Notes: a model not told the origin generated them from the letters alone. Positions 12,440 to 24,984 are shown, counted from the stretch's first letter. The stretch is 64,000 nucleotides of DNA from Malacoraja senta (GCA_038087875.1 JAXLNO010005735.1:62001-126000), one strand, 5' to 3'. Made by a program: numbers and translations.

Positions 12440-13010
12440 ATATAAAAATTGGTGCAGGAGTAGGCCATTTGGCCCTTCAAGCCAGCACCACCATTCAATA
12501 TGGTCATGGGTGATCAACCAGAATCAGTACCCTGTTCCTGCTTTCTCCCCATATCCCTTGATTTCGTTAACCCTAAGAGCTAACTCTCTCTTGAATACAT
12601 TCAGTGAATTGGTCTCCGCTGCCTTCTGTGGCAGAGAATTCCACAGATTCACAACACTCTGGGTGAAAAGGTTTTCCCCATCTCAATCCTAAATGGCCTA
12701 CCCCTTATTCGTAAACTGTGACCCCTGGTTCTGGACTCCCCCAACATTGAGAATATTTTTCCTGCATCTAGTCTGTCAAATCCGTTATTAGTATTCTATT
12801 TCTATCAGATCCCCTCTCATCCTTCTGAATTCCAGTGAATATAATCCCAGTCGATTCATTCTTTTATTATATGACAGTCCCGCCATCCCGGGAATTAACC
12901 TGGTGAACTTTGCTGCACTCCTTCAATAGCAAGAATGTCCTTCCTCAAACTAGGCGACCAAGACTGCACAAAATACTCCAGGTGCAGTCTCACCAGGGCC
13001 CTGTATAACT
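12440..13010 (-). mobile_element. CR1 3' fragment inserted in an older + strand CR1 remnant (about 12140-13330)
   Basis: Reverse complement of the CR1 3' end with an aggagtaggccatt tail. The flanks are degenerate CR1 RT sequence. Confidence 0.75.
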
Positions 13011-13333
13011 GAATAGACTCTGGCATCAAGTATATGAGTTGAGAAATCAAACAAAACATTGGTTAGGCTGCACATGGAGTATTGTGTAGAGTTCTGATCG
13101 CTCCACTACTAACATTACTGTGCGGGGATCACTGGTTGGCGTGGGCCGAAGGGCCTGTTTCTGCAATGTATCTCTAAACTAAAAAGGATGTGATGGCATG
13201 AAAAATAGTGCAGAAGGGTTTTGCCAGGTTGTTGCCTGGAATAGAGGTCTGGTGTTATGTGAAAAGATTGGATAAGCTGCATTTATTCTCACTAGAATGC
13301 AGGAGTGAAATAATGAGGGCTATAGATTGTGTC

Positions 13334-13785
13334 GGAAGGATCTGCAGATGCTGGTTTAAACCGAAGAAAGACACAAAAAGCTGGAGTAACTCAGTGGGAC
13401 AGGCAGCATCACTGGAGAGAAGGAATAGGTGATATTTCAGGTCGAGACCTTTTCGGGTTGAGTCCCTTCTTCAGGAAGGATCTACAGATGCTGGTTTACA
13501 CCGAAGACAGATGTAAAAAGCTGGAGTAACTCAGTGGGACAGGCAGCATCACTGGAGAGAAGGAATGGGTGACATTTCGGGTCGACATCCTTCTTCAGGA
13601 AGGATTAACAGATGTTGGTTTACACCGAAGACCGACATAAAATGCTGGAGTATCTCAGCAGGACAGGCAGCATCTTTGGAGGGAAGGAATGAGTGACGTT
13701 TCTAAACATCATCCATTCCTTCTCTTCATAAATACTGCCTGCCCTGCAGAGTTACTCCGTCCGGCATTTTGTGTCTATCTTTGGG
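13334..13785 (-). repeat. Head-to-tail array of Penelope terminal-repeat monomers ending in an inverted copy
   Basis: Units start at 13334, 13474 and 13598 with ggaaggat...cagatgctggttta. An inverted copy follows at about 13703-13785. Confidence 0.85.
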
Positions 13786-14221
13786 GTATAGATAGTATAG
13801 AGAGTAACTGTCTCTTTCCCAGGGCAGTGGAGACTAGAACTGGAGGTTTAAGGTGATGGAAGAGAAATGTCAAGGGGATCTCATCGCAGTAGTTATCTAG
13901 AATGAGCTGCAGGGGAGATAGTAGAGGCAGACATAATCACAATGTCTATAAAGCATTTGGACTTTTGGTAGGAAAGTCAGGGAGGGATAAGGGCGTAATG
14001 TAATTGTAGATAAACATCTCGGTCAGCATAAACAAGTTTGGGCAAATGGGCCTGTTTATATGCTGCATGATTCAGTATATTTTAAGATTCTTTCTGTGGT
14101 TTACATGTTGCTATCTCTATTAGCCAGTATAAGCACTGAAAATGGCTCAATCAGTCTACACCAGAGAGAACACTGCCTGAACCAAAGGAAGTGATATATG
14201 TAACATAGGTTCTTTAGTTTT

Positions 14222-14535
14222 TTTTAGTTTAGATACACAGCACGGAAACAGGCCTTTCGGCCCACCGAGTCTGCACCGACCAGCAACTAACCCGCACACT
14301 AATACTATCCTTTGCACACGAGGGACAATTTGGCACATGCATCAAGCCAATTAACCTACATTCCTGCATGTCTTTGGAGTGGGAGGAAATCGAAGATCTC
14401 AGCGAAAATCCAGGCAGGTCACGGGGAGAACGTACTAACTCCTTACAGACAGCACCCATAGTCGGGATTGAAACCGGGTCTCTGGCACTGCAAACACTGT
14501 AAGGCAGCAACTCTACCGCTGTGCCACTGTGCCGC
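14222..14535 (-). mobile_element. HE1-like V-SINE
   Basis: Reverse complement of the SINE consensus, from the tail tttagtttaga to the head gtgccactgtgcc. Confidence 0.82.
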
Positions 14536-15434
14536 CCTTATTGGTAACTTTGTGTGATCTTATTTTGTTATGATGCAAATTCTATGGGAACGCTTTCTCA
14601 ATGAGATAGATAATGATGTAGAAACAACGAACTGCAGATGCTGGTTTGTACCAAAGAGTGTCACAAAGTGCTGGAGTAACTCAACGGGTCAGAGGTGTTC
14701 TACAGCATCTCTGTAGAAAAAGGATTGGTGATGCTGGGTGAGGCTTCAGGTTGGGATCCTTCTTCAGACTGATGTATCGGGTTGGGACCCTTCTTCAGAA
14801 TAACCCTGCTTGAGACTGAAGTAGGGTCCTGACACGAAGTGTCATCCAGCCTTTTTCTCCAGAGATGCTGCCGGTCTCGCTGAGATACTTTAGCACTCTG
14901 TGTCTAAGGTTGATAATGAGTTGTTCAATCCTGATGTTTTGTGATGTTAATTTCTGCATGTTCACAGGGCAGACTGTGAGAGTAAACAGTTGAAAAACTA
15001 GTCTAACAGGAAATGTGTGGTATTTGAGTAAGTGTGAATGTGGGGCCTCTCCGGTGAGATGATTGGGGAACTCCCTGACAAAGGGGGATGTGGTGAACAA
15101 GTCACCAGGAGGTCATATCAAAGCAGAAGTTAAATGTTACATTGATATTTTTAGTCTGCTCTTGATGTACTGGCATGGTGCAATCCGATTTGGACAACTT
15201 ACTGTATATTGCAGCTCAAGATGATATAGATATATAGCATTGGAACAGGCTCTTCAGCCCACCAAGTCCACGCTGAACAGCGATCCCCATACAGTAGCAA
15301 TATCCTATAGACTTGCAACAATTTATAATCTATACCAAACCCTATTAAACTACAAACTCATCTTTGGAGTGTGGGAGGAAGCTGGAGCACCCAGGGAAAA
15401 CCCACAGGTAGAATGTAAAAACTCCATACAGACT

Positions 15435-15905
15435 GATTCCCGGGATGGCAGGACTTTCATATGAGGAAAGACTGGATAGACTTGGCTTGTACTCGCTAGA
15501 ATTTAGAAGATTGAGGGGGATCTTATAGAAACTTACAAAATTCTTAAGGGGTTGGACAGGCTAGATGCAGGAAGATTGTTTCCGATGTTGGGGAAGTCCA
15601 GAACAAGGGATCACAGTTTAAGGATAAGGGGGAAGTCTTTTAGGACCGAGATGAGAAAATCATTTTTCACACAGAGAGTGGTGAATCTGTGGAATTCTCT
15701 GCCACAGAAGGTAGTTGAGGCCAGTTCATTGGCTATATTTAAGAGGGAGTTAGATGTGGCCCTTGTGGCTAAAGGGATCAGGGGGTATGGAGAGAAGGCA
15801 GGTACAGGATACTGAGTTGGATGATCAGCCATGATCATATTGAATGGCGGTGCTGGCTCGAAGGGCCGAATGGCCTACTCCTGCACCTATTTTCTATGTT
15901 TCTAT
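15435..15905 (+). mobile_element. CR1 3' fragment (young-looking)
   Basis: ORF 15552-15815 DRLDAGRLFPMLGKSRTRDHSLRIRGKSFRTEMRK; tail ctatttt(ctatgttt)n. Confidence 0.9.
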
Positions 15906-15984
15906 GACAGCACCCATGGTCACGATTGAACCTGGCGGTCTCTTGAGCTGTAAGGCAGTAACTCTACCGCTGTTCCACCGTGTC

Positions 15985-16200
15985 ACCCTTTTGTGGGGGA
16001 TCATGCAGAAGCCTCCTCGTGGCGATCCACGAAACCGACAACACGATGCACTCTGAGACGCGTCGGGCGACCTATTCTGTCAACATGTTGGACGACGACA
16101 GAAGCCAACAGTGAGCTACACCTCGTCTGACACACGAGCGAATGAACCCTTGTTAGACTAATCAACTGAAGGTTACGACTTATAAATATGATGTGATGCA
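15985..16200 (+). mobile_element. Possible RTE-type LINE 3' remnant
   Basis: LLWG...PPRG...RRVGRP resembles the RTE C-terminal LWEP.HG.R..GRP segment. Degenerate. Confidence 0.35.
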
Positions 16201-16444
16201 ACTAATTGAGAGTGCAGCATAGAGAGTGCAGCACAGAAACAAGCCCTTTTACCTATTGTCCATACTAACTATTTTGGGACCTGATCTCTTTTTATCTTCC
16301 TGATATTTCCAATACCTACCCCTAGATTTTACTCTTTAACGACACACGGAGCAATAAATGGTGGCCTGTGAACCAAATAACTGCCGTGACTTCCCTTTGT
16401 GGGTGGAATATCTGAATATCATATTTCCAAATGTTGATCAGTAA

Positions 16445-16740
16445 GGGCGACATGGTGGGGCAGCGATAGAGTTGCTGCCTTAAAGTGTCAGAGCCCCGGG
16501 TCCGATCCTGACTATGGCTGCTGTCTGTACGGAGTTTGTACGTTCTCCCCATGACCAGTGGGTTTTCGCCAAGATCTTCGGTTTCCTCCCACACTCCAAA
16601 GACGTACAGGTTTGTAGGTTAATAGGCTTGATATAAATGTAAATTGTCCTTCGTGTGTAGGATAGTGTTAATGTGCGGGGATCTGTGCCGACTCGTGCTG
16701 AAGGGCCTGTTTCCACACTGTATCTCTAAACTAAACTAAA
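16445..16740 (+). mobile_element. HE1-like V-SINE
   Basis: Head-to-tail match to the SINE consensus ending ctctaaactaaactaaa. Confidence 0.82.
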
Positions 16741-17109
16741 ATAATCTAAGTAAGCTTGACATTTAGAATCATGTACAGCATAGAAACAGGCCCTTCAGCC
16801 CAGCTTATCTATGCCAGCCAAGATGCCCCATCTACCCTTGACCCATCTATCTATATTTTAGCTTAGTTTAATTTATTATTAATGTCACGTGTACTGTTTT
16901 GCAGTGAAAATGTTTCTTGTGTGCTATCCAGTCAGTGAAAAGACTACATTACAATGAAGCCGTTCACAATCTATAGATACAGGGTAAATGATATCATGTT
17001 TAGTGCAATGTAAATCCAATTGGTGTTTTGCCGATTTCCCTCCAAACCTTTCCTATCCATAGAAATTTCTATTACTTGACAATAATTGTATTATTTTATT
17101 TGTGTCTAG

Positions 17110-17370
17110 GGCCTCACACACTGATCTACTACTACACCCTGAACCACGGGAGTACTCATCTACCAGAATATAGTGTCGTGGGTGAACTGGATGGTTGTGA
17201 GATACAGTATTATGACAAAAACATGGTCATTACAGTTCCAAGACAGAAATGGATGGCGGCTGCATTTGACAGGAATTACTGGGTAACAAATACGGTCTCT
17301 GAAACTGGTTTCCATGGAATCATCAAAGGGCAAGTCGATGAATGGATGCGGAGGCAGAACGAAACAGCAA
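17110..17370 (+). CDS. MHC class I-like heavy chain, alpha1 domain exon (non-classical-looking)
   Basis: Acceptor ttttatttgtgtctAG, donor GTtagt, 261 bp, phase 1/1, no stops. Translation GPHTLIYYYTLNHGSTHLPEYSVVGELDGCEIQYYDKNMVITVPRQKWMAAAFDRNYWVTNTVSETGFHGIIKGQVDEWMRRQNETA has class I alpha1 hallmarks: GxHT/SL start, PE..VG.LDG, PR..WM, YW, terminal N-x-T sequon. Confidence 0.93.
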
Positions 17371-19539
17371 GTTAGTTCATTCATTTCAATACATTTGGAG
17401 TGTGATCAATGTTCATAAAAAAACATCTCAAAGAAATTTCTCGCTGTGCCAGAGACCCAGGTTTGATCCTGACTACACGTTCTCCCTGTGAACACAGATA
17501 TTTCCTCCAGGTTCTCCGGTTCCGTCCCATATCTTGAAAATGTGAGAGTTTGTAGGTTAATTGGGCTCTGTAAATTACTCTTGTGTGCTGAGAATGGGTG
17601 AGGAAAGAGGGATTACATAGATGTGTAGGAAGGAACTGAAGATGCTGGTTTACAGCAAAGATAGGCACAATGTGCTGGAGTAACTCAGCGGGACAGGCAG
17701 CATCTCTGGATACAAGGAATGGATGACTTTTCAGGTCAAGACCCTTCCTCAGACAGAGTGTTTCCCCTGACTTACTCCAGCATTTTGTGTCCATTTTGGG
17801 ATAACATAGAACTAGTGTGAAAGATGATCGATGGTTGGCATGGAATTGGTGGGCAGAATGGCCCATTTCCATGCTGAGTCACTAACCTAAGAACTGCAGA
17901 TGCTGCAAATGTGAAATAAAAACTAAAAAAATTCCATTGTCTGATGGCTTCATTGTCAGTTTATCACCATGGAAACCTGTAATTACCTTATCAGTGATAC
18001 TCCCTATGTCCAACCATGCCTCCCACTCCTGTCTGTAACTTACACATTCTCACAATTCTGAAGCATTAATTTTGTATCTCTTCCCATAGGTTCCATAGGT
18101 AACCAATATTTCAATGATTTGCAAAATGCTGTGCTTCCAGCATTTTACAAATCATTGAAATGTTGGTGGCTTTTTGAATGGTTAAAATCCCTTGCGTACC
18201 TCACCAATTGTTTTTACTTTTATTGACAAATTTAGAATGAAAAGTTGTGTGAAATATTTAAAGGATAACCTAAATGTCATTGTGGTTCAGCCGTAGTGAT
18301 GGTGCCGTAGTGCTATTGACCCAGGGTTGATCCTGGCCTCAGGTGCTGTCTGTACAGAGTTTGTACGTACTCCCCGTGACCTGCGTGGGATTTCCCCGGG
18401 TTCCCCGGTTTCCTCCCACACTCCAAGCCTGTATGCCAAAGGGGATCACTGGTCACTGTGGACTCTAAGGGCTGTTTTCGTGCTATATCTCTAAATTATC
18501 TTGGGCACCAATTGTAAAGTAAGCTGTCCAAATCCATCTGCACCACACTTGTATATCCATATAAGTTGCAATTGGACATGTTTTATATTGTAAATCAATA
18601 AGTCCTATCACCATTACTGTGTTAATTCAATGACATTCGTAGTGTACCATTGAACAAAGCAGGACTAGGCGTGGGGGAACCATGGTGAGGTGGGGAGGGG
18701 GGGGGGACAAAGGAGGACCTGGTGTGGGAGACTTTATAACTTTGTCGGTGCCCTTTATGTGAAGAATCTTGAAATACGTTGGGTTTACAAAACAAAGAAT
18801 TTCACTGTGACTTGTCACATGTCACTATAAAGTATCATTCATTCATGATTAATTATTTCTGAAAACATTGCTTTTTGTTACCTCTTCGGTTACACATTAA
18901 ACAAATTATATTATTAATCTTTAACTGGACTAAAACAGGGTGAGGGTACAAACAGGGAACAATACATCAAAATATTATGCACTGGGCATAATTTCTATCA
19001 ATTTCCCACATCTTGCAATATTTATTATTATTTTCAAATTATATGTGAATACATGTGAATGACGTTTATTACATTATCATCTGATTCATTGAACCATGTT
19101 TATTGAATCATATTGCCTTCAGAAATATTTTTTTAATTTGCATTATTTATGGTGCACATATTATCTGCAACATTGTTATGTTTATGAGATTTATGAGCAT
19201 ATTGTCGGGGCTCAAGGGTGGGAACAAGAGGGAGAGATTGGGCAAGCCAGGGCTTTATTCCATGGAGCACAGGAGGCTGAAAGGGTGATCATATAGTGGT
19301 GCTTAAAATCATGAGGGGAATTGATAGATGTATGCCCAGAGCCTTTTACCCAGAGAAGGGGAATCAAATAACCAGAGGACATGGGTTGAATGTGAGAGGG
19401 GGAAGATTTAATTGGAACTTGGGGGCAAACTTTGTGCTCAGAGAGTGGTCAGCATATGGAATGACCTGCCAGAGAATGGAGTTGCGGCAGGTACAATAAC
19501 AATATTTAAAAGACACATGGACAGGGACATGCATAGGTA

Positions 19540-20012
19540 GATAAAAGTGCTGGAGAAACTCAGCGGTTGAGGCAGCATCTATGGAGCGAAGGAAATAGGC
19601 AACGTTTCGGGCCGAAAACCCTTCTTCAGACTGATGTGAGGGTGGGTGGGAGGGAGGGAGTGGGGCGCAGGAAGAAGAAAGGAAAAGGTGGAGCCAGTGG
19701 GCTGAGGGAGAGCTGAGTAGGGGAGGAGAAAGTAAGGACTACCTGAAATTAAAGAAGTCAATGTTCATACCGTTGGGGTGTAAACTGTCCAAGCGAAATA
19801 TGAGGTGCTGCTCCTCCAATTTACGGTGGTCCTCACTCTGGCCATGGAGGAGGCCGAGGGCAGAAAGGTCGGATTTGGAATGGGAGGGGGGAGTTGAAGT
19901 GCTGATCCACCGGGAGATCAGGTTGGTTGTTGCGAACTGAGCGGAGGTGTTGGGCGAGGCGATCGCCAAGCCTGCGCTTGGTCTCACCGATGTAGAGCAG
20001 CTGACATCTAGA
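19540..20012 (-). mobile_element. Penelope-like 3' fragment with terminal repeat
   Basis: ORF 19739-20041 ...SDLSALGLLHGQSEDHRKLEEQHLIFRLDSLHPNGMNIDF, the GIY-YIG C-terminus. Confidence 0.85.
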
Positions 20013-20859
20013 GAGAAACGTTTTGAATGATGTCTACCCATTGCAGGGTAAATGGGACTAGCTTAAATGGGGTATCTTGATTAGCATGGACAAGTTGGGC
20101 CAAAGGGCTTGTTTCCCTGCTGTGTGACTCTCTCTATGACTGCTTTATAGCAAAGAGCGCTGCTGTCTCACAGCTCCAGTGATCGGGTTCAATCATCTCC
20201 AGTGCAGTCTGTGTGGAGTATAAGCATTCTCCCTGTGACAATGTTTGTTCTCCAGTTTCCTCCCACATACCAAAATGTGCTGATTTAGTAGATTAAGCCA
20301 CCGCTGCAAATAGGTGGATTTGTGGCATTGATAGAAATGAGAAAGATCCGTTTTGGGGAAAATTAGTGGTGGAATGGTTTTGTTCTCTGGGCTAGAGTGG
20401 GCTCAGGAGGCTGAAAGGCCTCTTTCTCTGTCACATGGAATTATGGGCAGTTATTTATCCTTGAATTGCCTTCTTTCTCAATTTAGTCAACAATGTAAAA
20501 TTGAAGTAATTGTCTGGATTGAACTATTTAACAATTGTAGATGAAAGGAAGAGCAAAGGCTGCTTTCCTCCACACACAAAGTGCTAAGGAACTCAACGGG
20601 TCAAGCGGCATCTTTGGAGAACATGGGAAGGCAGATATTTCGGGTGAGGATCCTACTTCAGACTGAAGTTGGGACACGTTAGAACATGCTTTGTACTCAC
20701 ACTTGCAGTCCAGTGTTAGTTTTCAAGGATTTTTTGTTATTCACAGCTTGTAGTTGTTACATATTCAGCAGACAGAAGATGAGCAAACTAAAGCACCTGC
20801 AAAGCACAACTAAAAGACCGCAGAAAGAAGCTTGAAAAGAAGGCTCTTATCTAAACAAA

Positions 20860-22820
20860 GTACTTTCAAGAGAGAGTTAGATTTAGCTCTTAAGACGAAA
20901 GGAATCAAGGGATATGGGGGAAAAGATTAGTTAAAACAAATGTAGGTCCCTTGCAGTCAGAAACAGGTGAATTGATCATGTGGAACAAGGACATGGCAGA
21001 CCAATTGAATAACTACATTGGTTCTGTCTTCACTAAGGAAGACTTAATTAACTGCCGGAAAGAGCAGGGGACCGGGGGTCAAATGAGATGGAGGAATTGA
21101 GTGAAATCCAGGTTAGCCGGGAAGTGGTGTTAGGTAAATTGAATGGATTAAAGGCCGATAAATCCCCAGGGCCAGATAGAGTGCATCCCAGAGTACTTAA
21201 GGAAGTAGCCCCAGAAATAGTGGATGCATTAGTGATAATTTTTCAAAACTCTTTAGATTATGGAGTAGTTCCTGAGGATTGGAGGGTAGCTAATGTAACC
21301 ATACTTTTTGAAAAGGGAGGGAGAGAGAAGTGGGGAACCTGCTAGAGTCCGTTATTAAAGATGGGATAGCAGCACATTAGGAAAATGGTGAAATCATTGG
21401 ACAAAGTCAGCATAGATTTATGAAAGGTAAATCATGTCTGACGAATCTTATAGAATTTTTCGAGGATGTAACTAGTAGAGTGGATAAGGCAGAACCAGTG
21501 GATGTGTTATATCTGGACTTTCAGAAGGCTTTCGACAAGATCCAACATAAGTGATTAGTATACAAACTTAAAGCACATGGTATTGGGGGTTCAGTATTGA
21601 TGTGGATAGAGAACTTGCTGGCAGACAGGAAGCAAAGAGTAGGAGTAAACGGGTCCTTTTTAGAATGGCAGGCAGTGACTAGTGGGGTACCTCAAGGCTC
21701 AGTGCTGGGACCCCAGCTATTTACAATATATATTAATGATTTGGACGAGGGAATTGAATGCAACATCTCCAAGTTTGCGGATGACACGAAGCTGGGGGGC
21801 AGTGTTAGCTGTGAGGAGGGTGCTAGGAGGCTGCAAGGTGACTTGGATAGGCTAGGTGAATGGGCAAATGCATGGCAGGTGCAGTATAATGTGGATAAAT
21901 GTGTGGTTATCCACTTTGGTGGCAAAAACAGGAAAGTAGACTATTACCTGAATGGTGGCCGATTAGGGAAAGGGGAGATGCAACGAGACCTGGGTGTCAT
22001 GGTACACCAGTCATTGAAAGTAGGCATGCAGGTGCAGCAGGCAGTGAAGAAAGCGAATGGTATGTTAACATTCATAGCAAAAGGATTTGAGTATAGGAGC
22101 AGGGAGGTTCTTCTGCAGTTGTTCAGGGTCTTGGTGAGACCACACCTGGAGTATTGCCTACAGTTTTGGTCTCCTAATCTGAGGAAGGACATTGTTGCCA
22201 TAGAGGGAGTACAGAGAAGGTTCACCAGACTGATTCCTGGGATGTCAGGACTTTCATATGAAGAAAGACTGGATACACTCTGCTTGTATTCGCTAGAATT
22301 TAGAAGATTGAGGGGGGATCTTATAGAAACTTACAAAATTCTTAAGGGGTTGGACAGGCTAGATGCAGGAAGATTGTTCCCGATGTTGGGGAAGTCGAGA
22401 ACAAGGGGTCACAGTTTAAGGATAAAGGGGAAATCTTTTAGGACTGAGATGAGAAAAACATTTTTTACACAGAGAGTGCTGAATCTCTGGAATTCTCTGC
22501 CACAGAATGTAGTTGAGGCCAGTTCATTGGCTATATTTAAGAGGGAGTTAGATGTGGCCCTTGTGGCTAAAGGGATCAGGGGGTATGGAGAGAAGGCAGG
22601 TACAGGATACTGAGTTGGATGATCAGCCATGATCATATTGAATGGCGGTGCAGGCTCGAAGGGCCGAATGGCTTGCTCCTGCACCTATTTTCTGTGTTTC
22701 TATGTTTCTAAAAGCAGGAATGGGGTACTGATTCTAGATGCAGGCATGATCATATTGAATGGCGGTGCTGGCTCGAATGGCCGAATGGCCTGCTCCTGTG
22801 CCTATTTTTCTATGTTTCTA
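20860..22820 (+). mobile_element. CR1 LINE ORF2 (RT) fragment with a duplicated tail
   Basis: KADKSPGPDRVHPRVLKE (21088), YLDFQKAFD region, ORF 21597-22613 PQGSVLGP...FADDTK. Two tail copies at about 22620-22710 and 22740-22820. Confidence 0.92.
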
Positions 22821-23306
22821 TAATTAGTATACATTCGGCTATTGGTGGTGTTTCTTGAAAACACGAAGACGAGAGAATGTAAAGGATCTGCAGAACAACT
22901 AAAAGACTGCAGAAAGCAGCTTGAAAAGGAGGCTCTTCATCTATACAACATAATTATGTTTTATTCAGCTATCATTGTTTGTAGAGTTTCTTATTGGTAT
23001 GAAAACATCATCCAAGTTTTGACCCTTCCTTATTACTCCTGGTCCCAGGGGCATGGTTGGCATTAGCTCATTACATTCATCCTAATAAAGGGTTGGTGTT
23101 CACAGTTGTGCCTAGATTTTTATCAATTACAACCTTGAGTTCACAAACTGTTCTTTGTCTCTGGGCTAAAGTTCACAGACTATCCTTTTCAAGGAGTGAG
23201 CAGTTTTAAGCAAACTGACTTCAGCAAATCCTTACAAATTCCATCACCCCCCCCCCCCCACTTTGATTCATCAATCAATGCCAGAGGGAATGAATCATCT
23301 AAGTAA

Positions 23307-23988
23307 AGGGGCCTGTCCCGCTTACGTGTCCGTGGAATGCAAATTACGCGTTGAGCCACGATGGTCCGGCGAAGGTCGGGTGCGATTACATGCGTGCGCA
23401 CAGCCGTCTGGAGCGCGTGACGTTATTTGAAGATGGACACAAAGCTGGAGTAAGCCAGTGGGACCGGCAGCATCTCTGGAGAGAAGCAATGGGTGACGTT
23501 TCATGTCGAGACTCTTCTTCAGTCTGAAAAGAAGGGTCTTGACCCGAAACATCACCCATTGCTTCTCTCCAGAGATGCTGCCGGTCCCGCTGAGTTACTC
23601 CTGCATTTCGTGTCTATCTTCAATTTTCATGGCCCCGCTCTGGGAGTAGAAGTGGGGGCGGATCTGGACCGCAACGGCCGTGAGCCCCAGGCCGAGTTCG
23701 GCGATCGTTCGCCTGCTTCTGCTCCTGTTGAAAGTGAGACTTTGCGTCGCGCCAGGGTCTTGGGCCTGTCCCACTTTGGCCGTCAGTTCCGCGACAGGCC
23801 GTTGGCGCGCGAAGATTTCGTTCACTACAAAATTATTGGAGCCCCGCGCGATGTCGCGCACAACTCCATACCCCTCCGCGCTTCCAAGTGGGACCGGCCC
23901 CGCGCGGCCATACGATGCTCGTGCGCCTCAACGCGACCACAAGGTCGCATAATTTGTGTGCCAAGGACACGTAAGTGGGACAGGCCCT
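23307..23988. mobile_element. PIF/Harbinger MITE containing a palindromic Penelope-tail insertion
   Basis: TIR a(g)gggcctgtccc.cttacgtgtcc / ggacacgtaagtgggacaggccct, with TAA at 23304-23306 and 23989-23991. Confidence 0.85.
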
Positions 23989-24984
23989 TAAGAATACCAA
24001 GGAAAGGTAGCGCAGCTACACATCACTGGATATCTTTAACCTGTTCAATGCCACCGCCGAGTACACTAGGGGTCATGGCCAATAGTGAAAAATAAACTTG
24101 GCAGTGAACAGCTTAATGGTCTCCATATTTTAGAGAAAGCCTTCAATGCCCATGAGGGGTGAGCCTTATTATATCTATGTTTCTCTAAATATAGGAAGCA
24201 CTTTTGTGGTAAAAGATGGGGCAGCTCGGGCCTCGAAAAGATCCAACCTTATGTGCAGCTTTATATTTGTTTATATGCAATAAGCAAAAAGAACACAATA
24301 GAAGATAAAACATGATAATAATTATAAGCAAAGCCAAGAGATCGTGGCCTTACACGAGTTGCTGCCTTGCAGCACCAGAGACCCTGGTTTGAACCCGACT
24401 ACGAGTGGTGACTGTACGGAGTTTGCATGTTCTCCCCGTAACCTGTGTGGCTTTTCTCTGAGATGTAGGTAAATTGGCTTGGTGTAAATGTAAATTGTCC
24501 CTAGTGTGGGCTGAAGGGCCTGTTTCAGCACTGTATCTCCAAAGCAGTGGTTCTTAACCTGGGGGTCGTGACCCCCATGGGGGTCGTTTGGGGTTTTTCC
24601 GGGGGTCATGAAGGGGTTGTAAAGAACATCAATTTGTTGAGCCTATTTTTAGGAACCTAACAAAGGTACATACCACACACAGTATTTTGTTCACGAATGC
24701 GCTTACGTATACACAGGGCCTATGAGAGGGGGGTGCAGGGGGTACATCGTATGCGGGCCCAGAGTCCAATAGGAGCCCGGGAGCTGAAGGAGGGGGGGTG
24801 GGAATTTCCTGAAATCTCAGAAAATGTTTGCATATATTTTGTGAATACTAGCATTCACATTTTGTGCCTTCGGAGTTTTATATATTGTAATTCGTAGAAA
24901 TTGTGATCCATAATAAAGCAGGGAATTTTAACTGATGGTGTGTGGTCGGGGTAACCTGATTAAAAGAGAGGGAAGGGGAAGACC

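Noticed and set aside
14060-14130. Leader-like MLHDSVYFKILSVVYMLLSLLA with a gtataa donor
   Set aside because: Weak donor, and it would give R rather than G at alpha1 position 1. Not distinguishable from chance.
18090-18290. Possible degenerate alpha2 exon after a strong acceptor (fragments FEWLKSL, SCVKYLKDNL)
   Set aside because: The in-phase frame stops after about 46 codons, there is no YGC or DG.D motif, the fragments lie in different frames, and the 3' end is a SINE head.
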